Shown here piece by piece: positions 1-9,936 of a stretch of DNA of 64,000 nt (position 1 is the first letter of the stretch; every line of letters starts with the position of its first letter). A program made the translations under genes and the position numbers. Under the pieces are notes generated by a model, which had not been told where the DNA came from, made no database searches, and was given only the letters and a program-made list of their open reading frames with translations. The DNA is from Candidatus Xenobia bacterium (GTDB lineage: Bacteria; Vulcanimicrobiota; Xenobia; Xenobiales; QWHO01). The stretch covers positions 1 to 64,000 of the forward strand of contig BTUM01000012.1 in the NCBI GenBank assembly GCA_045863235.1, read 5' to 3'.

Positions 1-179
1 CGGCCAGCCAGCCTCGCTTCGAGCGGGTGGGGGAAGTGCTGCGCGGGGAGATGCGCGAGACGACTCGAGGTCCATGAGCTGACGCAGAACGGCTTACACT
101 TGAACAAAGATCTCGTTGCGTTGCTCATCGCGCGGCTCGAGCCAGGCCATCCGGGCCGCCGGCGGGGAGCGCTGGTTCT

Positions 180-1799
180 CTACCGACTGGGCGGCGCAGA
201 CGCGCAGGCCCGCAGCACGACGGCCTGGCGGGCCGGGATCTCCACCGTCACCTGGCCGTCCTTCACCGTGACCACCTGCCCGCTGAGCGCGTCCTCAAAC
301 CGGGTGCCTTCCTTGACCTCGGAAGGCATCCTCAGCTCGCGCCTGCTGACCTCGGTCGCGTTGTTCAAAGCCACCACCACCGAGTCTTTGGGGTGCAACC
401 GGGCGTAGGCGTAGACGTCGTGGTCGGCCAGCACTTCCTTCTGGTAACCGCGCCGCAGGGCCAGGGAATCGTGGCGCAGGTGGGCCAGGGTGCGGAAGTG
501 ATCGGTCACGTCCTTTTTGCCGGCAAACTCCATGTCCTTGCGGTTGCTGTCAAAGCCGCCATCCATCCCGGTCTCGGTCCCATAGTAGAAGGAGGGGATG
601 CCACGCATGGTCATCAAAGCCGTGATCCCGAGCTTCAAGCGCTCCTGACCGTGCGAGCCGGCGGCCGTCGCAAAGCGGGTCATGTCGTGGTTATCCAGCA
701 TGGTGACCAGCAGATCGGGGCGGCGGTAGACGCCATCTTGCGCGAAGATGTCCGACAACCTGCGCATATCCCCGTCGTCCTTGCCCCGGACCATGCGGAA
801 GCTCTCGCCCGGGTGGGTCAGGATGTTGCTCATGAAGAAGCTGAGGTTGTCGAGGTAGGTCGTATCCTCGTTGTAGCCGATGGTATCGCGCAGCGCGAAG
901 TTGAGGGGGAAGTCGAAGACCGTGTCGAGGGCGGCCTCGTTCTGGTAAACCTGGGTGGCCTTCGGCTTGGGATGGTAGATCTCGCCGAGCAGGAGGAAAT
1001 CGTTGCCGGCGTGGGCGTGAATCTCGCTCGAGAGCTGCTTCCAGAAATCCTTCGGCACGTGCTTGACGGCATCGAGCCGCATGCCGTCGATTCCGGTTTC
1101 GTCGATGAGCCACTTGGCCATGTCGATGAGGTAGCGGCTCACCTCGGGGTTCTCCTGAGCAAAGTCGGGCAGCCCGCAGAACTCGCCCTGCTCGAAGCCC
1201 TTCTGGGTGGGGATCTTGGTGTTGCCTCCGTGGTGGAACCACTCGTGCTTATCGGGGTCCTTGGCCATGGGAGCGTCGTAGCCGAGGTGGTTGAAGACCA
1301 TGTCGACGACCACTTTGAGCCCCTTGTCGTGGGCTCTGGCCACCAGCTCCTTCAATTTGGCCATGTCCCCGAAGCTCTGCTCGATCTGGAAGAAGTCAGT
1401 GGGCCAGTAGCCGTGATAGCCATCCATCCCGAAGAAATCCCGCTTCTGCTGGTGCACGGGGCTGATCCAGAGGGTCGTGACGCCCACGTCCTGGAGATAG
1501 TCGAGCTTGTCGATGATGCCCTGAAAGTCGCCGCCGTGGAAACGGTGCTGGTCCTGAGGCTGAGAGCCCTGATCGTTGGTCTTGTCGCCGTTATGGAAGC
1601 GATCGGTCATCACCATGTAGAAAATTTCGTCCTGCCAGGTGCGGGCGGCGGGCTGCGGAGACAGCGCCGGCATCCCCACCTTCGCCACCGGGCCAGTCCC
1701 CAACGCGACGCGCTCGAGTGGCTCCTCCGGCCTGGCCGGCGTGGGAGTCGGGGTCGTGGCCCGGAGAGGGGCAGTCAGGGGCAGACTGGTGACCAACAT
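180..1799 (-). CDS. GH13 alpha-amylase / neopullulanase-like glycoside hydrolase with Pro/Thr-rich N-terminal extension
   Basis: GH13 conserved regions: TDRFHNGD, HGGDFQGIIDKLDYL, GYHGYW, DMVFNH, GMRLDAVKH (nucleophile), GEI (acid/base), LDNHD; no hydrophobic Sec signal. Confidence 0.93.
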   Translation of the reverse strand: MLVTSLPLTAPLRATTPTPTPARPEEPLERVALGTGPVAKVGMPALSPQPAARTWQDEIFYMVMTDRFHNGDKTNDQGSQPQDQHRFHGGDFQGIIDKLDYLQDVGVTTLWISPVHQQKRDFFGMDGYHGYWPTDFFQIEQSFGDMAKLKELVARAHDKGLKVVVDMVFNHLGYDAPMAKDPDKHEWFHHGGNTKIPTQKGFEQGEFCGLPDFAQENPEVSRYLIDMAKWLIDETGIDGMRLDAVKHVPKDFWKQLSSEIHAHAGNDFLLLGEIYHPKPKATQVYQNEAALDTVFDFPLNFALRDTIGYNEDTTYLDNLSFFMSNILTHPGESFRMVRGKDDGDMRRLSDIFAQDGVYRRPDLLVTMLDNHDMTRFATAAGSHGQERLKLGITALMTMRGIPSFYYGTETGMDGGFDSNRKDMEFAGKKDVTDHFRTLAHLRHDSLALRRGYQKEVLADHDVYAYARLHPKDSVVVALNNATEVSRRELRMPSEVKEGTRFEDALSGQVVTVKDGQVTVEIPARQAVVLRACASAPPSR

Positions 1800-1806
1800 C
1801 GTCGGG

Positions 1807-1840
1807 AATCTAACCCGACACCCTTAAAAGATCCGGAAAG
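1807..1840 (-). promoter_or_regulatory. Heptamer direct-repeat promoter CTTTCCG-N4-TTTTAAG-N10-TAGATT, 7 nt before ATG
   Basis: Read directly; same geometry at 12445, 22726, 35175 and 63470. Confidence 0.7.
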
Positions 1841-1954
1841 CGCCGTGAGCACCCGCAAGAGGGGCGGCCGCCGGAAAGCGCGCTTGAGCTTGACCGCGAG
1901 TGGAATTACGAAGAGTACTGCCAGCTGCCCGGGCACGGTCAATGCGACGAAGTT

Positions 1955-4900
1955 TTAGCCCTCCTCGAGCACCCGCACGCACTGCACGATGCCGGCCAGG
2001 TTGCAGGAAACCTCGGGATTGGTCTCGCGCTGGGCGCTGGCGCAGGCCAGGGCCACCAGCATCATGCGATGGGGAGCCAGGGCCTTGCCCTTGAGCGCGC
2101 TGGCGACGCCCAGCAAAGGCTGGGTGGCCGGGGGCCAGTCGAGCCCGCCCGGACGCACCACCAGAGCCTCCCAGAGGGCCACCAGGTGGTCGAGCAGCAC
2201 CGCCAGGACTTTGGCCGAGGGGCCGGCCTGGATGCCCTCCAGGGTGCCCTCCAGCAGCTCCAGGGCCAGATCGGGGTCGCAGTCATACTGGCGGGCCAGT
2301 TTGAGAGCCGTGGTCAGCACCTCCGCGGCCGAGTCCACCTGACGCCGGGTCTCGGCCAGGCGGGCCTGGGCCAGCTGGCAGCGCACCAGCTCGCCCAGCA
2401 TGTCGCGACGGTCCAGGCGCTCGAGCAGAGCCTGGAAGACGGCAGCTGCCTTCTCGTAGAAATCCCAGCTCTCGGCCGGCTTCTCCTGGCCGTCCAGAAT
2501 TCGGGCGCACTGCATGAGCGCCTGGGCCACCTCCGGCAGGTGCTCGGTGGCGTTGTCGTCGGTGGCCTCGCGGGTGAGGATGCGGGCAACCCGCTTGAAG
2601 TCTTCCAGCGCGGTGTCCTGCTCTCCCTCTGCCAGGTGCAGCAGGCCGCGGCTGTAATGGGCCCGGGCCAGATCGCTGACAAGGTCCTGGCGCCCTTCCT
2701 GCTCGACCAGGATGACGTAGGTCTCGATGGCGTGCTCGTAGTTCCAGATCGCCCGGCCGGGATCGCCGGCTGCCTGGTAGGCCAGGGCCCGATCGATGCA
2801 GGTGCCGGCCATGGCCGCCCCCAGGTCGTAGGCCTGACCGGAAAAAACCAGATCCCGGTACAAATCGAGGGCGGCCTCGAAGTCCTCCAGCGCGCCCTGC
2901 ACCTCGTTGAGGCGGTGGCGAAGGCGGCCGCGCTCGCGCAGGGCAGCGGCCAGCTCGGTGCGCAGGTCGGGCGGGTCGGTGGCCCGCAGCATGGCGCCCC
3001 GACAGATCTTGATGATCTCCCCCTGGTCGCGCACGGCTGCCGCCAAAAGGCCGCGCTCTGTCTCTGAGTTCGCCCGGGCGCGCAGGGCGGCCATCAAACT
3101 TTCCAGCAGCTGCATCTCCTCGAAGCCGCAGGGGCCCTGAGCTCGTGAGAAAGCGTCCACGGCATCGCGCGAGGCACTCGAGAGATCGCCTCGGAGAATT
3201 CCGGTGCGGGCGCGCACCAACAGCGTCTTGACCAGCGAAGGCCCAAAACTGCGAGGATCTCGGGCGAACAGCTCCTCCAGGTAGGTCAGCGCCTGGCTGA
3301 AGTCCTGGTGGGCCTGATCGAGGTCATCCAGGCCCAGGTGCACCTGGCCCCGCGAGCGATAGGTGCTGGCCAACTCGTCCTCGTAGTAGCGGTGCTCGAG
3401 GTCTTCCACCAGGATCGTGTAGCGGTCGATGGCCTCTCCGGCATCCGCCAGAGCCGCCTGCAGATTGCCCAGCGAGCGCTGGGCTTCGGCGCGGCACGAG
3501 TAGGCCCAGGCCAGTTGGGCGTGCAGCGCGGTATCTCCCTGGGCCAGCACCTCCAGGATCTCGATGGCGGCTGTGGCCTCCTCCACGGCGGCGGGATAAT
3601 CTCCCAGCTCGGCCGAGACGGCGGCGCGATTGATGCGGGTCAAACCCAGATCGGAGAACAGGTCGATGCGCCCGTGCTCATCGGTCAATTTCTGGTAGAC
3701 GGCCGCCGCCAGCCCGTACTCTTGCTGGGCGCTGGCCAGGGCTCCCAGGCGTCGGTAAGCCTCGCCCCGGTTGTTGTGGGCCACGGCCAGGCTGCCCAGC
3801 TGGTCCGAGCTCAGCTCGCCCTTTTCGGTGAAGAGCTGGATGGCTCGCCCGCAACTGGCCACGGCCTGCTCGCAATCGCCCTGCTCGAGGCAGGTGACGC
3901 CCAGGCTGTTGTAGGCCGCGGCCAGGTCGGCCCGCGAGGAGGCTCCCCCCGAAGCCAGGTAATCCGCGATGGCGCGCTGATATTCGGCGATGGCATTCTC
4001 ATACTGGCGCAGTGCCCGGAAGGTAGAGCCCCGGCAGATGTGGGTGAAGGCCAGGTCGGAGCGCAGATCCTCGCGCCCCTCGCCCTCCACCAGCTGGCTG
4101 CGAAGGGCGATGGCCTTGCGGTAGTCCGCGAGCGCCTCCTTGGGCTGGGCCAGGAGGTCGTAAACGATGCCCCGGTTGGTGCAGGTGACGGCCAGATCGG
4201 CCCGCAGGTCGTTGCGGCCCTCCTCGACCATGGCCGAGCGCAGCTGGATGGCCCGGCTGTAGTCGGCCAGGGCCTGCTCCACCTGCCCGGCGCGGTGAAA
4301 GGCGCCCCCGCGGTTGGAAAGAGCGCTGGCCAGCTCGTTGCGAAGCTCGGGGCGCTCGGCGACCAGCTCGCCGTAGAGCTCGACCGCGCGGCCGAACTGC
4401 TCGCGAGCCTGAGGATAATGCTCGCGAGCCATGGCCAGCACCCCGGCGGTGTGACAGGCACCCGCCAGCGCATCGCGCAGCTGGGGCTGGTCCTGAACCA
4501 GATGTGAATAGAGCTTGATGGCCAGGTCGCACTCCTCGGTGGCTTCCTGGATACGGTGCAGGGCGCGCAGAATGGTGCTGCGATTGTGGTGGGCCATGGC
4601 CAGCAAGAAAGACAGCTCCTGGCGGCCCTGCTGCTCAACCACCGCCCGATAGTGACCCACGGCGGCGGTGGCATCCTCCAAAGCCCGCTCGGGCTGGCCC
4701 AGTTGACGGAACAGCTCGCTACGCCGGTTGTGGGCAGCGGCCAGACCGTTCTGGTAGCGAGGCTGCTCGGCCACCACCCGCTCGAAGATGGCGATGGCCC
4801 GGTCGGCGTCGGAGAGAGCGGCCGGGAACTGACCCAGGCGCATGGTGGCGAGGCCCCGGCTGTTGTAAGCCCAGGCCAGGTCGTCCAGGAAGGCCTCGCC

Positions 4901-7123
4901 GCCCTCGGCGGCGGTGCGCTGCTCGAGGCATTCGGCCCAGGCGGTCAGGAGCTCGACCCGATCGGTGGGGCGACCCTGGCGCTCGTACTCCAGGCTGAGC
5001 CGATCGCGCAACTTGCCGGCCTCGGAGGAGCGCACTACCCGGTCGAGCCACTCCTCGTCCTTCATATCGGAAGCCCAGCGGTAGAGCTCCAGCAGACGCA
5101 ACAACGGATCGGGGGCCTGCTCGAGCTGAGCCAGACCCCAGGCCATCAGGTTGCGGCGAGCTTCCTTCAGGTCGCGCGGATACTCGCTGGCCACCGCTCG
5201 GCGCAACTCCTCGGAGACCAGCGCCAGGGTGCCATCTTGAAAAGTGAGCAGGTCGGGACACTGGGTGAGCCAGACCAGCAGGGCGTCGGGAGCCACGCCC
5301 AGGTCGGCCAGCGCCTCCAGGCCCAGGCGCTGCCGACTGGCTGCCAGCAGCACCAGCACCCTGCGCAGGCGAGCGCTGGAGCGCTTCTGGGCACGCTGGG
5401 CGCCCTGCAGCAAGGTGGGCCAGAAGTTCTCGCTGGTGAGCTGGCTCGGGTCAGCGATCCAACCGGCCTCATAGGCCTGGATGCCGGCTCGCAGCCGGTC
5501 CAACCGCTGGTGGGTGGCCTTGAGCAGGCCATCCAGGGCCTCGGGAGACACTCTGGCAGTCAGGTCGAGGTAGAGCCCGTGGTGGGCCGGGTCGAGCGCA
5601 ACCTGGCGGGCTCCCCGGTTCTTGAGACGGCGAATCTCGCTCTCCAGCTCGCGCCCCGAGCGCAGGCTGACCACCAGATAGACCCCCTCGGGCAGGTCTT
5701 CAGACAACTGGGCCACCAGACCATCCGGGAAGCGGTGCAGCACCAGCACGATGGGACACTGGTTCTGACGCTGCAACTCGGCCAGGTAGGCGGTCAGGCG
5801 CTCGCGCAGGGGCCGGCTGCACAGGCGAGCCTGCATCTCGCGCAGCACGCGCGGATCGAGCGGCTCGAGCTCCGAGCCGGCCAGGGCCTGGTTGAGACGC
5901 TCCAGGAACAGCCCCAGAGGAAGATTGGGCGGCACGCGCCAGGAGGCCACGCGCCGACCCGAGCCCTGGCAGGCGCGTCCCAGAGCGGGGGCGGTGAGGT
6001 TGCCGCGGGCGCCGTGCAGCAGGAGATAGCCACCGTGGGGCTGCTCGAGCAGCGCCTGCAGAGCCTGGGCCAGAAAGTCCGGCACCGGCATCTCGGGCGC
6101 CAGTTGCTCGAGCAAGCGCAGGATCTGCCCCTTCTGCTCGTCGCTCCAATGCTGGGGCCGGAGCTCGTGGGCCAGCTCCTCGGCCGAAAGCTCGATGGTC
6201 TCTTCCAGGGCATGGACCTGCTCGTCCACCCCGCCGGCCTCGATCTGCTCGAGCTCGGGGCCGAGCGGGCGACTCTGGGGCTCGCGGGCCACCGGAGCCG
6301 TGCTCTCCACCTCGGCCTCGATCGTGCGCGGCTTGCGTTTGTAGGTGGGAGGAGCTCCGTTGGACTTCCTCTGGCGGTTCTGGCGCGGCGGCTCAGCCAG
6401 CGGCGCCTCCAGAGGCTTGGAATCTTTAGGTCCGGGAGGAGCGATGGAAGAGACCCACTCGCGGCGGGCCTTGCCGGGCGATGTATCGAGCAAGGGGAAG
6501 CGATAATTGCCCTGCTCGAGCATGGTCTTGCCCTGGTCCTCGACCTCTCGCCAGCGCCGAAAGAAGGCCTGCCCGCTCGAGGTCCAGCGCAAAAGCACGG
6601 GGAGGAACCTGAGCACCTCTTCGAGGTAGTCGTCCAGGTCCTGCGCCTCCTCGAGCTTCATCAGGTTGTCTTGCAGGGTATCCAGGTCGCACAGCCCGGT
6701 CTCCGGCTCGCCGGCCACCCGCAGCCAGCGGGTGTGCAGACGAGGAAAGATGGGCTTGCCCGGAATCGGGCGACCCACGAAAAAGACCTTCTGCAGGCTC
6801 TCCTGGATGGGGTTCTCGGGCTGCTCGGTGAGGGCCAGCAGCGCGTCTCGCAACAGCACCTGGCACTCGGAAAGCCGGGCGCAGGCCAGCAAGCGGTCTT
6901 GCAGCTCGCGAGGCAGGGGGCCGCGCACGGTCAGTGCACCAGCGGCAGCGCCGGCAAAGAAGCGGGTGAGGAACTCCAGCGATTGTCCCAACAGCCGACC
7001 GGCCTGGTAGGGCTCGGCCCGCTTGAGCGCATCCCCGAGCCGCAGCAGCAGGTCTTTGAGCTCTGGGGGAGTGCCCGGACCGACTTCCGGAGCCGAGATG
7101 GTGGTCAGGATTTTCTGCTTCAT
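1955..7123 (-). CDS. Giant TPR-repeat protein (1722 aa) with a possible degenerate P-loop/STAND-like region
   Basis: C-terminal half made of repeated LAxAyxNRG...A..dy..Ai TPR units; GGYLLLHGARGN resembles a decayed Walker A. Confidence 0.8.
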   Translation of the reverse strand: MKQKILTTISAPEVGPGTPPELKDLLLRLGDALKRAEPYQAGRLLGQSLEFLTRFFAGAAAGALTVRGPLPRELQDRLLACARLSECQVLLRDALLALTEQPENPIQESLQKVFFVGRPIPGKPIFPRLHTRWLRVAGEPETGLCDLDTLQDNLMKLEEAQDLDDYLEEVLRFLPVLLRWTSSGQAFFRRWREVEDQGKTMLEQGNYRFPLLDTSPGKARREWVSSIAPPGPKDSKPLEAPLAEPPRQNRQRKSNGAPPTYKRKPRTIEAEVESTAPVAREPQSRPLGPELEQIEAGGVDEQVHALEETIELSAEELAHELRPQHWSDEQKGQILRLLEQLAPEMPVPDFLAQALQALLEQPHGGYLLLHGARGNLTAPALGRACQGSGRRVASWRVPPNLPLGLFLERLNQALAGSELEPLDPRVLREMQARLCSRPLRERLTAYLAELQRQNQCPIVLVLHRFPDGLVAQLSEDLPEGVYLVVSLRSGRELESEIRRLKNRGARQVALDPAHHGLYLDLTARVSPEALDGLLKATHQRLDRLRAGIQAYEAGWIADPSQLTSENFWPTLLQGAQRAQKRSSARLRRVLVLLAASRQRLGLEALADLGVAPDALLVWLTQCPDLLTFQDGTLALVSEELRRAVASEYPRDLKEARRNLMAWGLAQLEQAPDPLLRLLELYRWASDMKDEEWLDRVVRSSEAGKLRDRLSLEYERQGRPTDRVELLTAWAECLEQRTAAEGGEAFLDDLAWAYNSRGLATMRLGQFPAALSDADRAIAIFERVVAEQPRYQNGLAAAHNRRSELFRQLGQPERALEDATAAVGHYRAVVEQQGRQELSFLLAMAHHNRSTILRALHRIQEATEECDLAIKLYSHLVQDQPQLRDALAGACHTAGVLAMAREHYPQAREQFGRAVELYGELVAERPELRNELASALSNRGGAFHRAGQVEQALADYSRAIQLRSAMVEEGRNDLRADLAVTCTNRGIVYDLLAQPKEALADYRKAIALRSQLVEGEGREDLRSDLAFTHICRGSTFRALRQYENAIAEYQRAIADYLASGGASSRADLAAAYNSLGVTCLEQGDCEQAVASCGRAIQLFTEKGELSSDQLGSLAVAHNNRGEAYRRLGALASAQQEYGLAAAVYQKLTDEHGRIDLFSDLGLTRINRAAVSAELGDYPAAVEEATAAIEILEVLAQGDTALHAQLAWAYSCRAEAQRSLGNLQAALADAGEAIDRYTILVEDLEHRYYEDELASTYRSRGQVHLGLDDLDQAHQDFSQALTYLEELFARDPRSFGPSLVKTLLVRARTGILRGDLSSASRDAVDAFSRAQGPCGFEEMQLLESLMAALRARANSETERGLLAAAVRDQGEIIKICRGAMLRATDPPDLRTELAAALRERGRLRHRLNEVQGALEDFEAALDLYRDLVFSGQAYDLGAAMAGTCIDRALAYQAAGDPGRAIWNYEHAIETYVILVEQEGRQDLVSDLARAHYSRGLLHLAEGEQDTALEDFKRVARILTREATDDNATEHLPEVAQALMQCARILDGQEKPAESWDFYEKAAAVFQALLERLDRRDMLGELVRCQLAQARLAETRRQVDSAAEVLTTALKLARQYDCDPDLALELLEGTLEGIQAGPSAKVLAVLLDHLVALWEALVVRPGGLDWPPATQPLLGVASALKGKALAPHRMMLVALACASAQRETNPEVSCNLAGIVQCVRVLEEG

Positions 7124-7185
7124 CAGGCCGGGGAGGTTCTCTGAACGGGAGGCCGCGCCCTTCCCCCGACGAAATCGCGGCCGAA

Positions 7186-8379
7186 ATGATTTATGACTGT
7201 GCCGTCATCGGAGGGGGCATCGTGGGCCTGGCAACCGCCCGGGCTCTGTCGATGCGCCATCCCCGGGCGCGCCTGGTCTTGCTCGAGAAGGAGCTCGAGC
7301 TGGCTTGCCATCAAACGGGTCGGAACTCGGGCGTGATTCACAGCGGCATCTACTATCGCCCGGGCAGCTTCAAGGCCCGCTTCTCGCGCCAGGGAAGCTC
7401 CAGCCTGGTGGACTTCTGCCAGCAACAGGGACTGGCTTACGAGGTCTGCGGCAAGCTGATCGTGGCCACCCGGGAGGAGGAGCTCCCTCGTCTGGAGGCG
7501 CTCTATCAGCGCGGTCTGGAGAACGGCCTGGCGGTGCGGCGTCTGTCCAGCCCGGAGGCCCTGGCCATCGAGCCCCACCTGAGCTGCCTGGCTGCCCTCC
7601 GGGTGGCCTCCACCGGCATCGTGGACTACCGGGCCGTCAGCCGGAAACTGGCCGAGCTCTACCGGGCAGAGGGCCAGCGCGACCTCTTCCTGGGTCGACG
7701 GGTGGTGAAAGTGGAGGCGCGCGGCTCGCTCAAACGGCTGCGGACCGAGCAAGAGACCTTTGAGGCCCGCTCGCTGATCAACTGCGCCGGGCTCTTCTCC
7801 GACCGGATAGCCCGCCTGGCTGGCACCGAGCCGCCGGCCCGCATCCTTCCCTTTCGAGGGGAGTATTACCATCTCAAGCCCGAGCGCTCCCACCTGGTCA
7901 AGACGCTGATCTACCCGGTGCCCGACCCGGCTCTCCCGTTCCTGGGAGTGCACTTCACCCGAACCCTGGACGGCGGAGCTCACTGCGGACCCAACGCGGT
8001 GCTGGCCTTCAAGCGAGAGGGCTATCGCAAGAGAGACTTCGATCTGTCGGACTGCCTGGAAATCGCCGGTTATCCAGGATTCTGGCGCCTGGCTGCCCGA
8101 TTTTTTAGAACCGGTGCGGAAGAAAGTCTACGTTCACTGTTCAAGGCTCTCTTCGTACGCAGCCTGCGGCGATTGATTCCCGAAGTGCGCTCAGAGGACC
8201 TCGAGCCCGCGCCCAGCGGGGTGCGGGCCCAGGCGGTGCGGCCCGATGGGGCTCTGGTGGACGACTTCCTGCTGCTCGAGCGCCCTGGAGCTCTCCACGT
8301 CTGCAACGCGCCCTCGCCTGCGGCGACCTGCGCTCTGGAAATCGGCGCTTATCTGGCCGAGCGCTCGCCATTGGGATAG
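7186..8379 (+). CDS. lhgO: L-2-hydroxyglutarate oxidase (FAD-dependent)
   Basis: GGGIVG FAD motif, HQTGRNSGVIHSGIYY, PFRGEYY, PFLGVHFT, GVRAQA, NAPSPAAT. Confidence 0.92.
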   Translation: MIYDCAVIGGGIVGLATARALSMRHPRARLVLLEKELELACHQTGRNSGVIHSGIYYRPGSFKARFSRQGSSSLVDFCQQQGLAYEVCGKLIVATREEELPRLEALYQRGLENGLAVRRLSSPEALAIEPHLSCLAALRVASTGIVDYRAVSRKLAELYRAEGQRDLFLGRRVVKVEARGSLKRLRTEQETFEARSLINCAGLFSDRIARLAGTEPPARILPFRGEYYHLKPERSHLVKTLIYPVPDPALPFLGVHFTRTLDGGAHCGPNAVLAFKREGYRKRDFDLSDCLEIAGYPGFWRLAARFFRTGAEESLRSLFKALFVRSLRRLIPEVRSEDLEPAPSGVRAQAVRPDGALVDDFLLLERPGALHVCNAPSPAATCALEIGAYLAERSPLG

Positions 8380-8430
8380 GAGAGATCGTCTGGGGAGCGG
8401 GCCGAAACTGGTTCTCAGGGCACGTTTCGC

Positions 8431-8730
8431 TCAGGCCGGCCAGCGGGCCTGTGAGCGGGAGACGGCCAACCGAATGTGGTCCTCCGTGATGGCGTCGTTC
8501 TCGAGCTCTTCGGCGAAGGTTTCCCGCAACTCGGCAATCTGGGCAGCCGTGGTCTCGCTGAGGCGAACCGGATTGAACTCGAGCCCGTAGACCTCGAGGA
8601 GCGGGTCGAAGCAGTCCTGGGGAACCACCTGGACCACCTCGGCCAGGGCCCCACTGAACTCGGCGGTCACGGCGCCGATGAAGTCAGCGTAATCCTCTTC
8701 GTTCATGCCCGCGTGCAGGTGGTAGTCCAC
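8431..8730 (-). CDS. Hypothetical acidic protein
   Basis: 99-aa ORF with typical codon usage, starting 5 nt after the upstream gene. Confidence 0.65.
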   Translation of the reverse strand: MDYHLHAGMNEEDYADFIGAVTAEFSGALAEVVQVVPQDCFDPLLEVYGLEFNPVRLSETTAAQIAELRETFAEELENDAITEDHIRLAVSRSQARWPA

Positions 8731-8735
8731 GTCAG

Positions 8736-9293
8736 TTAGCCTGCTTCCTCGTCGTCCAGGTCGATGTCGGCCAGTTCTTCGTCCAGGCTATCGACGATGT
8801 CGTCGCCCACACTGTCAAACGTTTCGCCCGAGGGCTCGTCGGCATAGCGCCCCCCGGCCCGACCGCCGCCGGCTGGCCTGGCCCGACGAGGGGGCACGAT
8901 CTGACGGGCGTTGCGGGCCCGACGCGCGGGTCGGGAGACCTCCTCGGCCCGCGAGGCAGCATCGATGATGCGATGAATCCGGTTGCGCTCGATCTCGGCC
9001 AGTTCGATGAAACGCCGGACCAGGGTGTCGGGCCTTCCCTCTTCGCGACGGCGCTCACCGTCCTCGCGCAGGTTGCGCAGCGTGTTCTCGACATCCTCCA
9101 GGGCATCCTGAAGGGCCTCCAGGCGTAGCTCGGACAAACGATCCTGGGCGAGGTTGAGCAGTTCTTCCAGGCGCCCTTCCTCATCCAGGCGGGCCTGGTA
9201 CGAGGGGGCCTGGTCCTCGTCGAGAAACATGACCTCCAGGGCTTCCGCCTCTTTGCGGAGGCGAGCTGCCAGTTCGAGGATCGTCTCATTCAT
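8736..9293 (-). CDS. Hypothetical coiled-coil protein with acidic tail
   Basis: 185-aa ORF, SD GGAGG upstream, E/R/L-rich helices. Confidence 0.75.
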   Translation of the reverse strand: MNETILELAARLRKEAEALEVMFLDEDQAPSYQARLDEEGRLEELLNLAQDRLSELRLEALQDALEDVENTLRNLREDGERRREEGRPDTLVRRFIELAEIERNRIHRIIDAASRAEEVSRPARRARNARQIVPPRRARPAGGGRAGGRYADEPSGETFDSVGDDIVDSLDEELADIDLDDEEAG

Positions 9294-9553
9294 CCAGGGC
9301 GTTTCCTCCCAGGTCTTTCAAGCTGCGTTCCATCACACCCGTCCGGTCCGCCACCGGACCATTAAGTATACGATGGGTTCACACCAAGAACCTTTAACGG
9401 GAATCAAGTTGTCCCGGAGGAAAACGATACATTTGCTCAAACCCATACAGGGCAACGAGCAGAGGAGTTTTCAAGATTTGGCTCTTCTGCTGGCAGGGTT
9501 ACGCAAGCAAGCAACCCCGACAAAGCAAGATGATTCGAAAGGTTGCGTGGGAG

Positions 9554-9811
9554 ATGGCCGCCAGAGTCGAAATTTATACTTGGGAAAGCTGCCCATACTG
9601 CATCAAAGCGAAGAAACTTCTTCATTCGAAAGGAGTTTCGTTCGAGGAATACCGGCTCGACGGGGATGAAGAGGGGCGCTGGCAAATGGCGCAGCGTGCC
9701 AACGGTCGCACCAGCGTACCCCAGATCTTCATCGACGACCAGCATGTGGGAGGCTGCGACGACCTGCACGCCCTGGATGCGGTCGGGAAGCTCGACCCTT
9801 TGCTCAGCTAA
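9554..9811 (+). CDS. grxC: Glutaredoxin 3
   Basis: CPYC active site, SVPQIFI, HVGGCDDL; start set at ATG 9554. Confidence 0.93.
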   Translation: MAARVEIYTWESCPYCIKAKKLLHSKGVSFEEYRLDGDEEGRWQMAQRANGRTSVPQIFIDDQHVGGCDDLHALDAVGKLDPLLS

Positions 9812-9813
9812 CT

Positions 9814-9887
9814 TGCTCGCACTTTAGCCTTGCCAGGACGACAGGTTGGGCGCGCGTTGGACTCTGAACGGGTCAAGGCGGGAGTGT
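9814..9887 (+). repeat. Dispersed intergenic element, copy A (diverged)
   Basis: TGCTCGCACTTTAGCCTTGC matches the core of the copies at 24409 and 42821. Confidence 0.55.
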
Positions 9888-9936
9888 CGCTGTTCGCCAG
9901 GAGGTTCGAGTCGACTTGCCAAACGGCCGGGCCGTA

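Noticed and set aside
393..7144. Long antisense ORFs (393..1958, 4556..7144 and many similar in the track)
   Set aside because: Shadow frames of GC-rich genes with no recognisable motifs
9432..9444. 13-mer TTTGCTCAAACCC also present on the minus strand at 59851..59863
   Set aside because: Only two copies with no flanking similarity or shared position; may be chance
9806..9862. Integron attC-like ends (CTAAC ... GTTGGAC) after grxC
   Set aside because: No internal inverted symmetry, no integrase and no cassette array
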